A stretch of DNA of 11,383 nt. Origin: Myxococcota bacterium. GTDB taxonomy: Bacteria; Myxococcota; UBA4151. Position 1 is the first letter of the stretch; each line of letters starts with the position of its first letter. Of this stretch, positions 1 through 7,354 are shown one piece after another. The DNA lies in NCBI GenBank assembly GCA_040260805.1, contig JBDQPD010000111.1, positions 1 through 11,383 of the forward strand, given 5' to 3'. The notes below the pieces were generated by a model that was not told where the DNA came from, searched no databases, and was given only the letters and a program-made list of their open reading frames with translations. Made by a program: the position numbers and the translations under genes.

Positions 1-104
1 GCCCGCCGCCAAGAAGGCTGCCGCGAAGCCCGCCGCCAAGAAGGCTGCCGCGAAGCCCGCCGCCAAGAAGGCTGCCGCGAAGCCCGCCGCCAAGAAGGCT
101 GCCG
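1..104 (+). repeat. Perfect 27-bp tandem repeat (CCCGCCGCCAAGAAGGCTGCCGCGAAG), about 3.8 copies visible, truncated by the window start; encodes PAAKKAAAK in the rpoD frame
   Basis: Identical units at 2-28, 29-55 and 56-82, with a partial unit at 83-104. Base 1 (G) matches the last base of a preceding unit. Confidence 0.97.
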
Positions 105-2146
105 GTAAAAAGAAAGCGACCGAAGAGACCGAACTGCCAGCAGCGGAGTCGCTCGAGCCTGCGGTGCTTTCACCGGACGAGCAGATTGAGCCAGTGGCAG
201 CTGCCGAGGCAGGTCCGACGGATAAAGATTTGAACGAAGAGGGGCTCGATGGCGACGCCAACCTCGATGATGACATTGAACTGACCGATATCTCAGCGGC
301 CGCGCTGATGGCTTTGCTCAAGGGTGAGCCAGCAGCTGAAGGTCAAGGGACGAGCGATGAGGAGATCCTAGCGCTCGTCGAATCTGGCGGTGACTCAAGC
401 GACAAAGATGACGCCGAAGAGCTCCTAGGGGCTCCAGAAACCTCGGACGTCGTCCCTGGTCTCGTCGCAGCCGGTGCCTCCATCGATGGAGACTCTGCGA
501 GCCTGGGCAACAACCTGCTCGGTGTCGACTCGACCGGCTCTGTGGATTCGGGGTCAAGCGGTCGCTCGGCCGAGTCGACCCCGGTTTCATCAGCCTCGTT
601 GAAGCGCCGTCGCCTTGGAACTGATGCAGGGAGCAGCCAAGATCCTGTGCGAGCATATTTGCGTCGTATGGGCGCTGTGCCGCTGCTTGACCGCGAGGGT
701 GAAGTGGAGATCTCGCGTCTGATCGAAGAAGCCGAACACAACGTCTATCGAGTCCTACTGGATTGCCGCCTAGCGCTCCGGGACTTGAGTGAACGGTTTG
801 CGGTTTTAGCGGGTGAGAACAGCCGCATGCGTGATCTGATCAAGGATCCCAATGAGGTTGAGCAGGGGATGGCTGACGAAGAACGCAAAGAGATGTCTTT
901 GCAGCGCTTCGAAGGATTCCAGGTGGTTCAGCGCCGCGTCGAAGAGAACGAGTTGCGTCTCAAGCGAGTGGCCAAGTCGAAGAAGAAGACGGTCACCGAT
1001 GAGCTGTATCGTCTCAAAGAGGAACGGCTGGAGTGGTTCTTGAAGCTTCGTCTCAACGCCAACGCCCTGACCAATATTGTAGGGACGGTGCGCGAGTTCG
1101 TCGAGCGCGGTCAGATGTATACCGGTGATATCGTGGATTGCGATCGAGTGATCGGCGGAACGCCTCTCGAGAAGGTCGGTAAGTTAGCTTATGCTGATGC
1201 TCGAACCTACAGCCGGCAGGCACCGAAGCTCTTGTCTGACCCAACCCTTCGCCAACTCGAACTGCGTCAGGTGCTGCATCGCTTTCAAGTCGCTAAGAAG
1301 CGTCTGGATCGCCTCGAGAAGCAGAACCGGATGCAATACGAAGAGGTCGCCGAGTTGTATGATCGGATTATCTTCGCCGAACGGGAAGTCGCTCGTGCAA
1401 AGACCCGTCTGATCGAGGCAAACCTTCGCCTGGTCGTCAGTATTGCGAAGAAGTACATGAACCGTGGCTTGCAGGTCTTGGACCTTTTACAAGAGGGCAA
1501 CATCGGTCTGATGAAAGGCGTGGATAAGTTCGAATACCGACGCGGCTTTAAGTTTAGCACCTACGCAACCTGGTGGATCAGGCAGGCGATCACTCGTGCG
1601 ATCGCAGACCAGGCGAGAACGATTCGTGTGCCAGTGCATATGATCGAGACGATCAACAAGCTGGCGCGTGTCCGCCGGACGCTCTTTCAAGAGCTCGGCC
1701 GCGAGCCGACGCCTGAAGAGATCGCAGAAAAGATGGAGTTGCCCGTCGAGAGGGTGCTCAAGGTGCTTAAGATCACCAAGGAGCCGATCTCGCTCGAGAC
1801 GCCGATCGGCGAGGAAGAAGACTCGCAGCTTGGGGACTTCATCGAAGATCGAAACGCAATCCATCCCGATGCAGCGGCGATGAGCCATGACCTTGGCGCC
1901 TCGGTGCGTCGCGTGCTCGCCACGCTGACGCCGCGTGAAGAGAAGGTTCTTCGCATGCGCTTTGGCATTGGTGAGAAATCTGACCATACACTCGAAGAAG
2001 TGGGTCAGGATTTCCATGTGACTCGCGAGCGCATTCGCCAGATCGAAGCCAAGGCGCTACGTAAGCTGCGTCACGCCACACGCTCGAAGGTCATCAGTCC
2101 TTACGTTGACCCTGACTTGCAGAACGTACCGGATGGATCGTGGTAG
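2..2146 (+). CDS. rpoD: RNA polymerase sigma70 factor, RpoD/group 1 type (5' partial; true start lies upstream of the window)
   Basis: Region 1.2 [20 protein letters not shown]; large non-conserved region; region 2 [72 protein letters not shown]; region 3 [33 protein letters not shown]; region 4 [29 protein letters not shown]. The frame has no stop from base 2 to the GTG at 164, so that GTG is probably internal. Confidence 0.93.
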   Translation, partial: PAAKKAAAKPAAKKAAAKPAAKKAAAKPAAKKAAGKKKATEETELPAAESLEPAVLSPDEQIEPVAAAEAGPTDKDLNEEGLDGDANLDDDIELTDISAAALMALLKGEPAAEGQGTSDEEILALVESGGDSSDKDDAEELLGAPETSDVVPGLVAAGASIDGDSASLGNNLLGVDSTGSVDSGSSGRSAESTPVSSASLKRRRLGTDAGSSQDPVRAYLRRMGAVPLLDREGEVEISRLIEEAEHNVYRVLLDCRLALRDLSERFAVLAGENSRMRDLIKDPNEVEQGMADEERKEMSLQRFEGFQVVQRRVEENELRLKRVAKSKKKTVTDELYRLKEERLEWFLKLRLNANALTNIVGTVREFVERGQMYTGDIVDCDRVIGGTPLEKVGKLAYADARTYSRQAPKLLSDPTLRQLELRQVLHRFQVAKKRLDRLEKQNRMQYEEVAELYDRIIFAEREVARAKTRLIEANLRLVVSIAKKYMNRGLQVLDLLQEGNIGLMKGVDKFEYRRGFKFSTYATWWIRQAITRAIADQARTIRVPVHMIETINKLARVRRTLFQELGREPTPEEIAEKMELPVERVLKVLKITKEPISLETPIGEEEDSQLGDFIEDRNAIHPDAAAMSHDLGASVRRVLATLTPREEKVLRMRFGIGEKSDHTLEEVGQDFHVTRERIRQIEAKALRKLRHATRSKVISPYVDPDLQNVPDGSW

Positions 2147-2156
2147 CTCGAACGGG

Positions 2157-2699
2157 CTAGGGCTGGATATCCTTTGCAGGACCAGCGTCCTCGGGCGGTG
2201 GAGCTCTGAGCAGCTGGATGCTGTAGTCAGACCACTGTAAGCAGGCTTCCTCTTTCGTGACGCGCTCATCCCATGAGATGAACCTCAAGGTGTAGGCGGT
2301 CGTTTGCTCTGGAAGCGGGCCGATCGATCCGCGCAAGCCGGTTCCTCTGACCTCAAAGGTGAGCGGATAAAGGCGACCGCGTGCATCACTGACGATCGGA
2401 CGACAGGCCTTAGGCATCTCAGGCATCAGTAGATCCACGCCAACCTGCGGTTGATTGATGGCGACCACTGCTGGATCGCATCGCTGCTCTTTGTCAGCGA
2501 CTCGCAAGAGGTACGGGCAGGGCGGCTCAGCAGGCCCTGCATCGGTGACCATGACGTCGGGTTGAACATCTGGACTCATCATCCAGACGACCAGGGCGAG
2601 CAAGCCGGCCCCGACGATTCCCGCAAGGATCAGGTGACTGGATTGGAGCCGCCGCGCACGGCGAGGGGTCAGGCTCCAACTGCGGATGCGTCGGTTCAT
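2157..2699 (-). CDS. Hypothetical single-pass membrane-anchored protein (180 aa)
   Basis: Arg-rich N-terminus, one hydrophobic segment (LILAGIVGAGLLALVVWMM), then a soluble domain with four Cys. Start overlaps the upstream stop (ATGA, 2696-2699). No family recognised. Confidence 0.7.
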   Translation of the reverse strand: MNRRIRSWSLTPRRARRLQSSHLILAGIVGAGLLALVVWMMSPDVQPDVMVTDAGPAEPPCPYLLRVADKEQRCDPAVVAINQPQVGVDLLMPEMPKACRPIVSDARGRLYPLTFEVRGTGLRGSIGPLPEQTTAYTLRFISWDERVTKEEACLQWSDYSIQLLRAPPPEDAGPAKDIQP

Positions 2700-3226
2700 T
2701 TTTCGGGTAGCACCTGATAGCCGCAGTGCAGCATCGTCTCGGGCATGTAGGGATTACGCAGAATACCGGCTGGCTGAATCCAGTCTGCCGGAACCATAGG
2801 ACAGTGCATGATGGCTGTTTGGGCTTGGAGGTTGGGGTCCGTCTTCCAAATCTTGTGCAGCTCTGCGCTCAACTTAGCGAAGCGAAGGCGCTGTCCCTTG
2901 AGGTCTGCAGGAAACCCGACGGCGAGCTCTTTGAGCAACGCAGGCGGTTCGCTAGCCAACATGGCGGTCGCGTGAGCAGCGGCGTCCACGGGGTTGCTGT
3001 GGACGAGAGCTTCGCCCAACTCCATATATGCTTTGAGCCAAGCGGTTGCGTGCTCGACTTCAATGGTGCCTGGTCCTGGTTTCTCTGGCTTCTTAGCCTC
3101 GGCACTATCCTGAGTCTTGATACGCTTGACCGGAGGTCCCTCTGCGGCGGGCTTAAGTTCTGGTGTCTGGTTGCGACTTTGACACGCGGTCAACACGAGA
3201 CTGAGTGTGAGAAGTCGTAGGATCAT
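2696..3226 (-). CDS. Lipoprotein with DUF3347-like (heavy-metal-associated) domain
   Basis: Signal peptide with lipobox (MILRLLTLSLVLTA-C) and a Pro/Lys linker. AYMELGEALV helix and C-terminal HCPM...W.......NPYM...MLHCG pattern are typical of DUF3347 proteins. ATGA overlap with the upstream gene at 3223-3226. Confidence 0.75.
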   Translation of the reverse strand: MILRLLTLSLVLTACQSRNQTPELKPAAEGPPVKRIKTQDSAEAKKPEKPGPGTIEVEHATAWLKAYMELGEALVHSNPVDAAAHATAMLASEPPALLKELAVGFPADLKGQRLRFAKLSAELHKIWKTDPNLQAQTAIMHCPMVPADWIQPAGILRNPYMPETMLHCGYQVLPEK

Positions 3227-3990
3227 GGGTTGGCTCCAGGCCGACTGGTAAGTCGGTACTCGTGGTCGATTTCTGTCTTGCTGGTATCGCCGGCTACTTT
3301 GGTCATCAGGCTCAAACGATTCTTCAGTCGAAATGATTCCAGGACACCGTTGCTCAAGTTGACGACCATTTTACCTGATCCGGACAACACTTTTTGCGAG
3401 CCGAGCGGGGTGTCTAGGGTGATCTCGATCGTGGCGCGCTTCGAGTCCGCTTGAACGAGCTTGCACTGCAAGCCGCCAGTAGCGGCTTTTGCCCAGCTTC
3501 CATCGGGCGATGCGGCGAGATCTTTTGCCGGTATGCGCCAGTCGTCACCGATACGTTGAGCTTCGGCAGGTAAGGGTAAGCTTCGTCCCGGCAAGAGTCG
3601 CTTGAGTTGGTCGGCCATGGGCAGCAACAGCCTTGGAAGCTCCTTAGGGGGGACTAGTGTCATCGCCTCAAAACGACCTCGATCGTCGACCCATCCACGC
3701 CACGCGCTTCCGATTAACTTAGCGAAGAGCGGGTTACGGGGGTCATCTTGCCCAAAGTCGATACCGTCGAGACGTGTCTCAACCCGAGCTCGTGCGCCGC
3801 GGACTTCGATAACGGTGCGAGTCAGGTTCAGCCGTACCGTCGCCGGCGCGCTGCCTTGGGTCGTATGGGTCGACTCGATGACGAACTGGTAGGTCGCATC
3901 TTTTTGATAGCTCATACGCAGCAGATGCTCATCGAGCGAATCACTCGTGGTCGCGCTACCGCTCAGAACAAAAGCTAGGACCCAACTCAT
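3223..3990 (-). CDS. Hypothetical, probably exported beta-rich protein (possibly DUF6263-like)
   Basis: 255-aa ORF with ATGA overlaps at both ends, a short hydrophobic N-terminus and alternating beta-strand patterns (LP.....IGDDW, SGSGKMVVNLSNG). Family resemblance is from memory and weak. Confidence 0.65.
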   Translation of the reverse strand: MSWVLAFVLSGSATTSDSLDEHLLRMSYQKDATYQFVIESTHTTQGSAPATVRLNLTRTVIEVRGARARVETRLDGIDFGQDDPRNPLFAKLIGSAWRGWVDDRGRFEAMTLVPPKELPRLLLPMADQLKRLLPGRSLPLPAEAQRIGDDWRIPAKDLAASPDGSWAKAATGGLQCKLVQADSKRATIEITLDTPLGSQKVLSGSGKMVVNLSNGVLESFRLKNRLSLMTKVAGDTSKTEIDHEYRLTSRPGANP

Positions 3991-4958
3991 ACTTTGCTTC
4001 GCTCCCAGTCAATGCGTCGCCGCAAGGTCTCGGCAAGCGGCTTGGTCTCGCTAAGCTGCAGACGAGCCCGCGTCCAGCGGTCATCGTAGAACATCGTTGT
4101 TCCTGCCATTTTCATCGCTAAAGCGGGGGGGTCGCCAGGCAGCCCTGAGGTTGACCAGGCTTGCAGAAAGGTTCCCGCTGGAGAGGTCAACCAGTTTGGA
4201 ATGGTCAGCAGTGGGCCGAGCGTGCCGGTCTCCTTACAAATGGAACGCATCAGCTCTGGTATGCCCACATTGTGACCGGCGGCGAGAAAGCGATCGCCAT
4301 CCTCACCAAGGCGCATCGCGGCGCGCAAGACCTCGACGACGTGTTCGACATCCACAACATTAATGCCGCCGGCGGGAGAAATCGGTAGGCCTGTAGCCAT
4401 CGCCACTTTGATCATCGAAGCGATCATGCCACGCCTGAAAGGGCCAGGGCCGACCACCAGGCTAGGCCGAACACTCATGGTCTGCATCGAGCCACTGAAC
4501 TGGTGAGCGGCTAGCTCTGCGTCTCGCTTGGTCTCGTTGTAGGGCCTGCCCTCAGGGTGGTTGTACGCTTCTGTTTCGGTTGCCGCTCCGGATTTAGAGA
4601 TACCCATAGCGGCGATCGAGCTGACGTTAACGAATCGCTTAACGCCCGCTTTGGCAGCTGCTTTGACCAACGCTTTGGTGCCCTCAACGTTGATCTGACG
4701 CATCATATCTTCTTCGCGCCTAGACATGCTGACATGAGCCGCTAGGTGGTAGACTCGGTCGCAATCCTTAACCGCCGCTTGGAGGCTGGTTTCGTCGCCG
4801 AGGTCAGCGATAACGGACTCATACTTGAGGCCTTCCCAGAGTTTGGGGAGCGCATCACCACGCCGGATCAAACGAAGTTGATGATGCTCGGCGCTGAGCG
4901 CTTTCGCTAAATGAAAACCGATGAGACCTGTGGCGCCGGTAATCAGAGTTTTAGGCAC
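3987..4958 (-). CDS. NAD(P)-dependent epimerase/dehydratase, extended SDR (dihydroflavonol reductase/HpnA-like)
   Basis: TGATGLIG Rossmann motif, YHLAA, NVEGT, VSSIAA, catalytic YNETK (YxxxK), RPSLVVGPG, INVVDVEHV. I prefer the GTG at 4958 (8-bp overlap with the HIT stop, just before KTLITG) to the ATG at 4988; start not certain. Confidence 0.88.
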   Translation of the reverse strand: MPKTLITGATGLIGFHLAKALSAEHHQLRLIRRGDALPKLWEGLKYESVIADLGDETSLQAAVKDCDRVYHLAAHVSMSRREEDMMRQINVEGTKALVKAAAKAGVKRFVNVSSIAAMGISKSGAATETEAYNHPEGRPYNETKRDAELAAHQFSGSMQTMSVRPSLVVGPGPFRRGMIASMIKVAMATGLPISPAGGINVVDVEHVVEVLRAAMRLGEDGDRFLAAGHNVGIPELMRSICKETGTLGPLLTIPNWLTSPAGTFLQAWSTSGLPGDPPALAMKMAGTTMFYDDRWTRARLQLSETKPLAETLRRRIDWERSKV

Positions 4959-5451
4959 TGTGGTCCCAGGCTTCACGAAGACGATCATAGACCGCTTCTA
5001 GCGACTCAGGGATCACCTTCGCACCACCGATGACCGGCATGAAGTTGGTGTCTCCAGGCCAGCGCGGAACGACGTGATAGTGGAGGTGTGCTGCAATACC
5101 TGCACCTGCAGCAGAGCCCATATTTAGCCCAATATTGAGCCCCGGACACCCATAGGCGCGCTTGAGGGTTGCCACAGCGCGCATCAGCAATCGATGCAGA
5201 TCGGCTTGGATCTCAGGGCCTAGTTGGTCGATCTCAGACTCATGAGCATTAGGCACCACCAGCAGATGCCCGTTGGTGTAGGGGTAACGATTCAAAATGA
5301 CATAGCTGTGTTGGCTGTAGCCGATCACCCCGTGAGTTCGATCGCTCTCGGGGTCATGCGTCGGTGCAGCGCAAAATACGCATTCATCGGATCGTTTTGG
5401 GTCTTTGACGTAACCAATCCGCCAGGGTGCCCAGAGGGATTCAACGGTCAT
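4951..5451 (-). CDS. HIT (histidine triad) family protein, Fhit/Ap4A phosphorylase-like
   Basis: LWAPWR N-terminus, CVFC, LNRYPYTNGHLLVVP, NIGLNMG.AAGAGI and the HLHYHVVPR triad. Start shares one base with the upstream stop (TAATG at 5449-5453). Confidence 0.92.
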   Translation of the reverse strand: MTVESLWAPWRIGYVKDPKRSDECVFCAAPTHDPESDRTHGVIGYSQHSYVILNRYPYTNGHLLVVPNAHESEIDQLGPEIQADLHRLLMRAVATLKRAYGCPGLNIGLNMGSAAGAGIAAHLHYHVVPRWPGDTNFMPVIGGAKVIPESLEAVYDRLREAWDHSA

Positions 5452-6218
5452 TAAGTGTCCAACTTGGTTTCGACGCGCTCGGTCTCAAGCTCATCAACAG
5501 ATAGCTGACCTAATAACGCTTGGGTTGCCGCCTCGACGCGCTCGGCGGAACCACCGCGAACGGTCAAACTGACCCAACCTTTAGGTTCTTTGGTTGGAGG
5601 GTAGGAGCCAAAAGCTAACTCGGGATACTGAGCCGCCACATGTTCCATCGCCCGAGCACCTTGCGTCTCTCGACCGTTAAAGCGGATTTTGCTGAAGGGC
5701 CTCGGCCCCGGCCCTGTCGGTAAGAGCGCAAGGAGCGTCTCAACGAGACGAGGAATTCCCGGCAGGCAGTAGGTGTCACCGACGACGAAGACCGGCCAGC
5801 CCTTTCCTCTCCTTGGATGATCGGGAAACACGACGCGAGTTCCGATGGGCACCATGGCGGTACGCCGCCTCACGCCAGTCGGCTCCTCGCCGATCCAACC
5901 GGATAACGCTTCGAGCATCTCGGGTAGCTCATGGTCTGAGGTCATGCCCTGACTGCGTCCGACCGACTCCACCGTCAGATCATCGATGGTCGGTCCCACA
6001 CCGCCGGTGGTGATGATCAGCTCGGCTCCGTCGACTCGAGCTCGCCGCAGCGCCTCGACGATCACGGTCTGCTCATCGCCAATCGTCTGTACTGAGACCA
6101 CCTGATGGCCTTGACCGGCGGCCCAGTTGATGAGGGTCGTCGAGTTTAGGTCGACAGTGGACCCTTCGAGGATTTCATCCCCAATGATGACGACGGCGAT
6201 TTGCTTTGCTGCGGTCAT
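5451..6218 (-). CDS. CinA N-terminal / COG1058 molybdopterin-binding-fold protein (probable ADP-ribose/FAD-type pyrophosphatase), no PncC domain
   Basis: IIGDEILEG..VDLNS, IGDE, TTGGVGPTIDDLT and LPGIP motifs, followed by a small alpha/beta domain (FGSYP). At 255 aa it is too short to include the NMN-deamidase domain of full-length CinA. Confidence 0.85.
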   Translation of the reverse strand: MTAAKQIAVVIIGDEILEGSTVDLNSTTLINWAAGQGHQVVSVQTIGDEQTVIVEALRRARVDGAELIITTGGVGPTIDDLTVESVGRSQGMTSDHELPEMLEALSGWIGEEPTGVRRRTAMVPIGTRVVFPDHPRRGKGWPVFVVGDTYCLPGIPRLVETLLALLPTGPGPRPFSKIRFNGRETQGARAMEHVAAQYPELAFGSYPPTKEPKGWVSLTVRGGSAERVEAATQALLGQLSVDELETERVETKLDT

Positions 6219-6234
6219 TTGGGAAATCCCTATG

Positions 6235-6311
6235 TGGTGCCGAAGGGCGGACTTGAACCGCCGACCTACGATTTATGAGACCGTCGCTCTAACCAGCTGA
6301 GCTACTTCGGC
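6235..6311 (-). tRNA. tRNA with CAT anticodon, non-initiator (elongator Met favoured, Ile2 not excluded), 77 nt with encoded CCA
   Basis: Reverse complement folds as GCCGAAG TA GCTC AGCTGGTTA GAGC G ACGGT CT-CAT-AA ATCGT AGGTC GGCGG TTCAAGT CCGCC CTTCGGC A CCA. G1:C72 is paired and the anticodon stem lacks three consecutive G:C pairs, so it is not fMet. Confidence 0.96.
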
Positions 6312-6323
6312 ATACCGGGGGGC

Positions 6324-6352
6324 TCCCTAAAGGGGTTGTTGGCGAAGGTCAA
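6324..6352 (-). promoter_or_regulatory. Putative sigma70 promoter for the tRNA and downstream operon
   Basis: Minus strand TTGACC (6352-6347), 17-nt spacer, TAGGGA (6329-6324), then a GC-rich discriminator-like GCCCCCC just before the tRNA 5' end. The -10 match is weak. Confidence 0.5.
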
Positions 6353-6469
6353 AAGGGTTTTGAGCGTGGGATCAAACAACAGCCGAAGATGGCACCGTAA
6401 GAATTTGTCTCGGCGCGCTCAGTCCTAGGTTCTTAGTGCTGCACAAGACGGCGCTAAAAGGGTACAGGT

Positions 6470-6485
6470 CGGCGGGGCGCTTGCG
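6470..6485 (+). promoter_or_regulatory. Possible sigma54 (-24/-12) promoter upstream of the amidase
   Basis: CGGCGGGGCGCTTGCG gives GG-N10-GC with TTGC, about 35 nt before the ATG at 6521. Lacks the TGGCAC consensus and could be chance in GC-rich DNA. Confidence 0.2.
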
Positions 6486-6520
6486 GCACTCATCGCTTTG
6501 CTCGCCCTGAGGGTTCTTTG

Positions 6521-7354
6521 ATGCCAACCATTGCAGTTGTTCAGTTATGTTCTACGCCCGACAAGCCATCGAACTATGCGGCGGTCAGCCATTATGTCGC
6601 CCAGGCAGCGCGGGCTGGAGCGGAGCTCGTGGCTTTGCCTGAGAACTGGTCCTATATCGGACCCGAAGAGGCTAAAGAGGGCGCCGCAGAGGCGGCCGAC
6701 GGGCCGTCATTGTCGCTGTTGAGTAAGCTCGCTCGGCAGCACAAGATCTGGATTCTTGGCGGTACGATTCTCCGTCGCAGTGATGACCCGAACGACGCGC
6801 GGCCGTCGAATCATTGCACCGTCTGGGATGACCAAGGCGTCTGCCGGGCCGGCTACAATAAAATTCATTTGTTTGATGCGGGTATCCCGGGTGGGGCTGT
6901 CTTTCAGGAGAGCGCACGGATCAAACCCGGAGATCAGCCGGTGGTCGTGGAGACGCCAGTAGGGCGTTTGGGGCTGACCGTTTGTTACGATCTTCGATTT
7001 GGCTGGATGTATCGAGAAATGGCTCGCGCCGGCGCGACTTTGTTTGCGGTCCCGTCTGCATTTACGCGGCGTACAGGCCCACTGCATTGGGAGCCTTTGC
7101 TCCGAGCCCGTGCCATCGAGAACCTAGCATATGTCCTGGCCCCAGGCCAAGTGGGTGAGCATTGCGAGGGGCGTCGTTCTTATGGGCATTCGATGGTTGT
7201 TGAACCCTTCGGCGCCGTCGTTGCGCGAGTAGTGGATGAGCCCGGCTTATGCTTGGCTGAGGTGGACCCTGAGCGCATCAAGGGGTTACGAGCGCAGCTG
7301 CCGGTACAGGCGCATGATCGCGCTGAGTCGTGTGGGGAGGTGGCGTTGCGATGA
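6521..7354 (+). CDS. Carbon-nitrogen hydrolase, Nit1/YbeM-like (probable deaminated glutathione amidase)
   Basis: Catalytic E-K-C triad in LPEN, YNKIHLFD and VCYDLRF, plus PSAFT..TG..HWEPLLRARAIEN and RRSYGHSMVVEPFG. ATG 6521 follows TGAGGG (6508-6513); the track starts at the adjacent TTG 6518. Confidence 0.92.
   Translation: MPTIAVVQLCSTPDKPSNYAAVSHYVAQAARAGAELVALPENWSYIGPEEAKEGAAEAADGPSLSLLSKLARQHKIWILGGTILRRSDDPNDARPSNHCTVWDDQGVCRAGYNKIHLFDAGIPGGAVFQESARIKPGDQPVVVETPVGRLGLTVCYDLRFGWMYREMARAGATLFAVPSAFTRRTGPLHWEPLLRARAIENLAYVLAPGQVGEHCEGRRSYGHSMVVEPFGAVVARVVDEPGLCLAEVDPERIKGLRAQLPVQAHDRAESCGEVALR

Noticed and set aside
1..104. 27-bp repeats as a CRISPR array
   Set aside because: Units are directly adjacent with no spacers, are a multiple of three in the rpoD frame, and no cas genes are present.
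164..166. GTG 164 as the rpoD start (ORF track)
   Set aside because: No convincing Shine-Dalgarno, and the frame stays open with protein-like sequence back to the window edge.
318..2269. Antisense and alternative-frame ORFs over rpoD (e.g. 1487-2017, 343-741)
   Set aside because: Shadow ORFs expected in GC-rich coding DNA; no recognisable motifs.
3987..4958. Assigning hpnA (hopanoid pathway) to the SDR
   Set aside because: The motifs define only the extended SDR subfamily, and no squalene or hopanoid genes are in the window.
5451..6218. Calling the gene full-length cinA or a Moco biosynthesis gene (moeA/mog)
   Set aside because: It lacks the PncC domain, the GDE.L.G...D.N and GG.GPT.DD.T motifs fit COG1058, and no Moco genes are nearby.
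2157..6311. Genomic island integrated at the tRNA 3' end
   Set aside because: No integrase or transposase, no duplicated tRNA 3' end (att site) seen by eye, and the genes are ordinary chromosomal families.
6382..6400. GCCGAAG copy of the tRNA acceptor strand, and TGGCAC as a sigma54 -24 box
   Set aside because: A 7-bp match is expected by chance, and TGGCAC has no TTGC at the required spacing.
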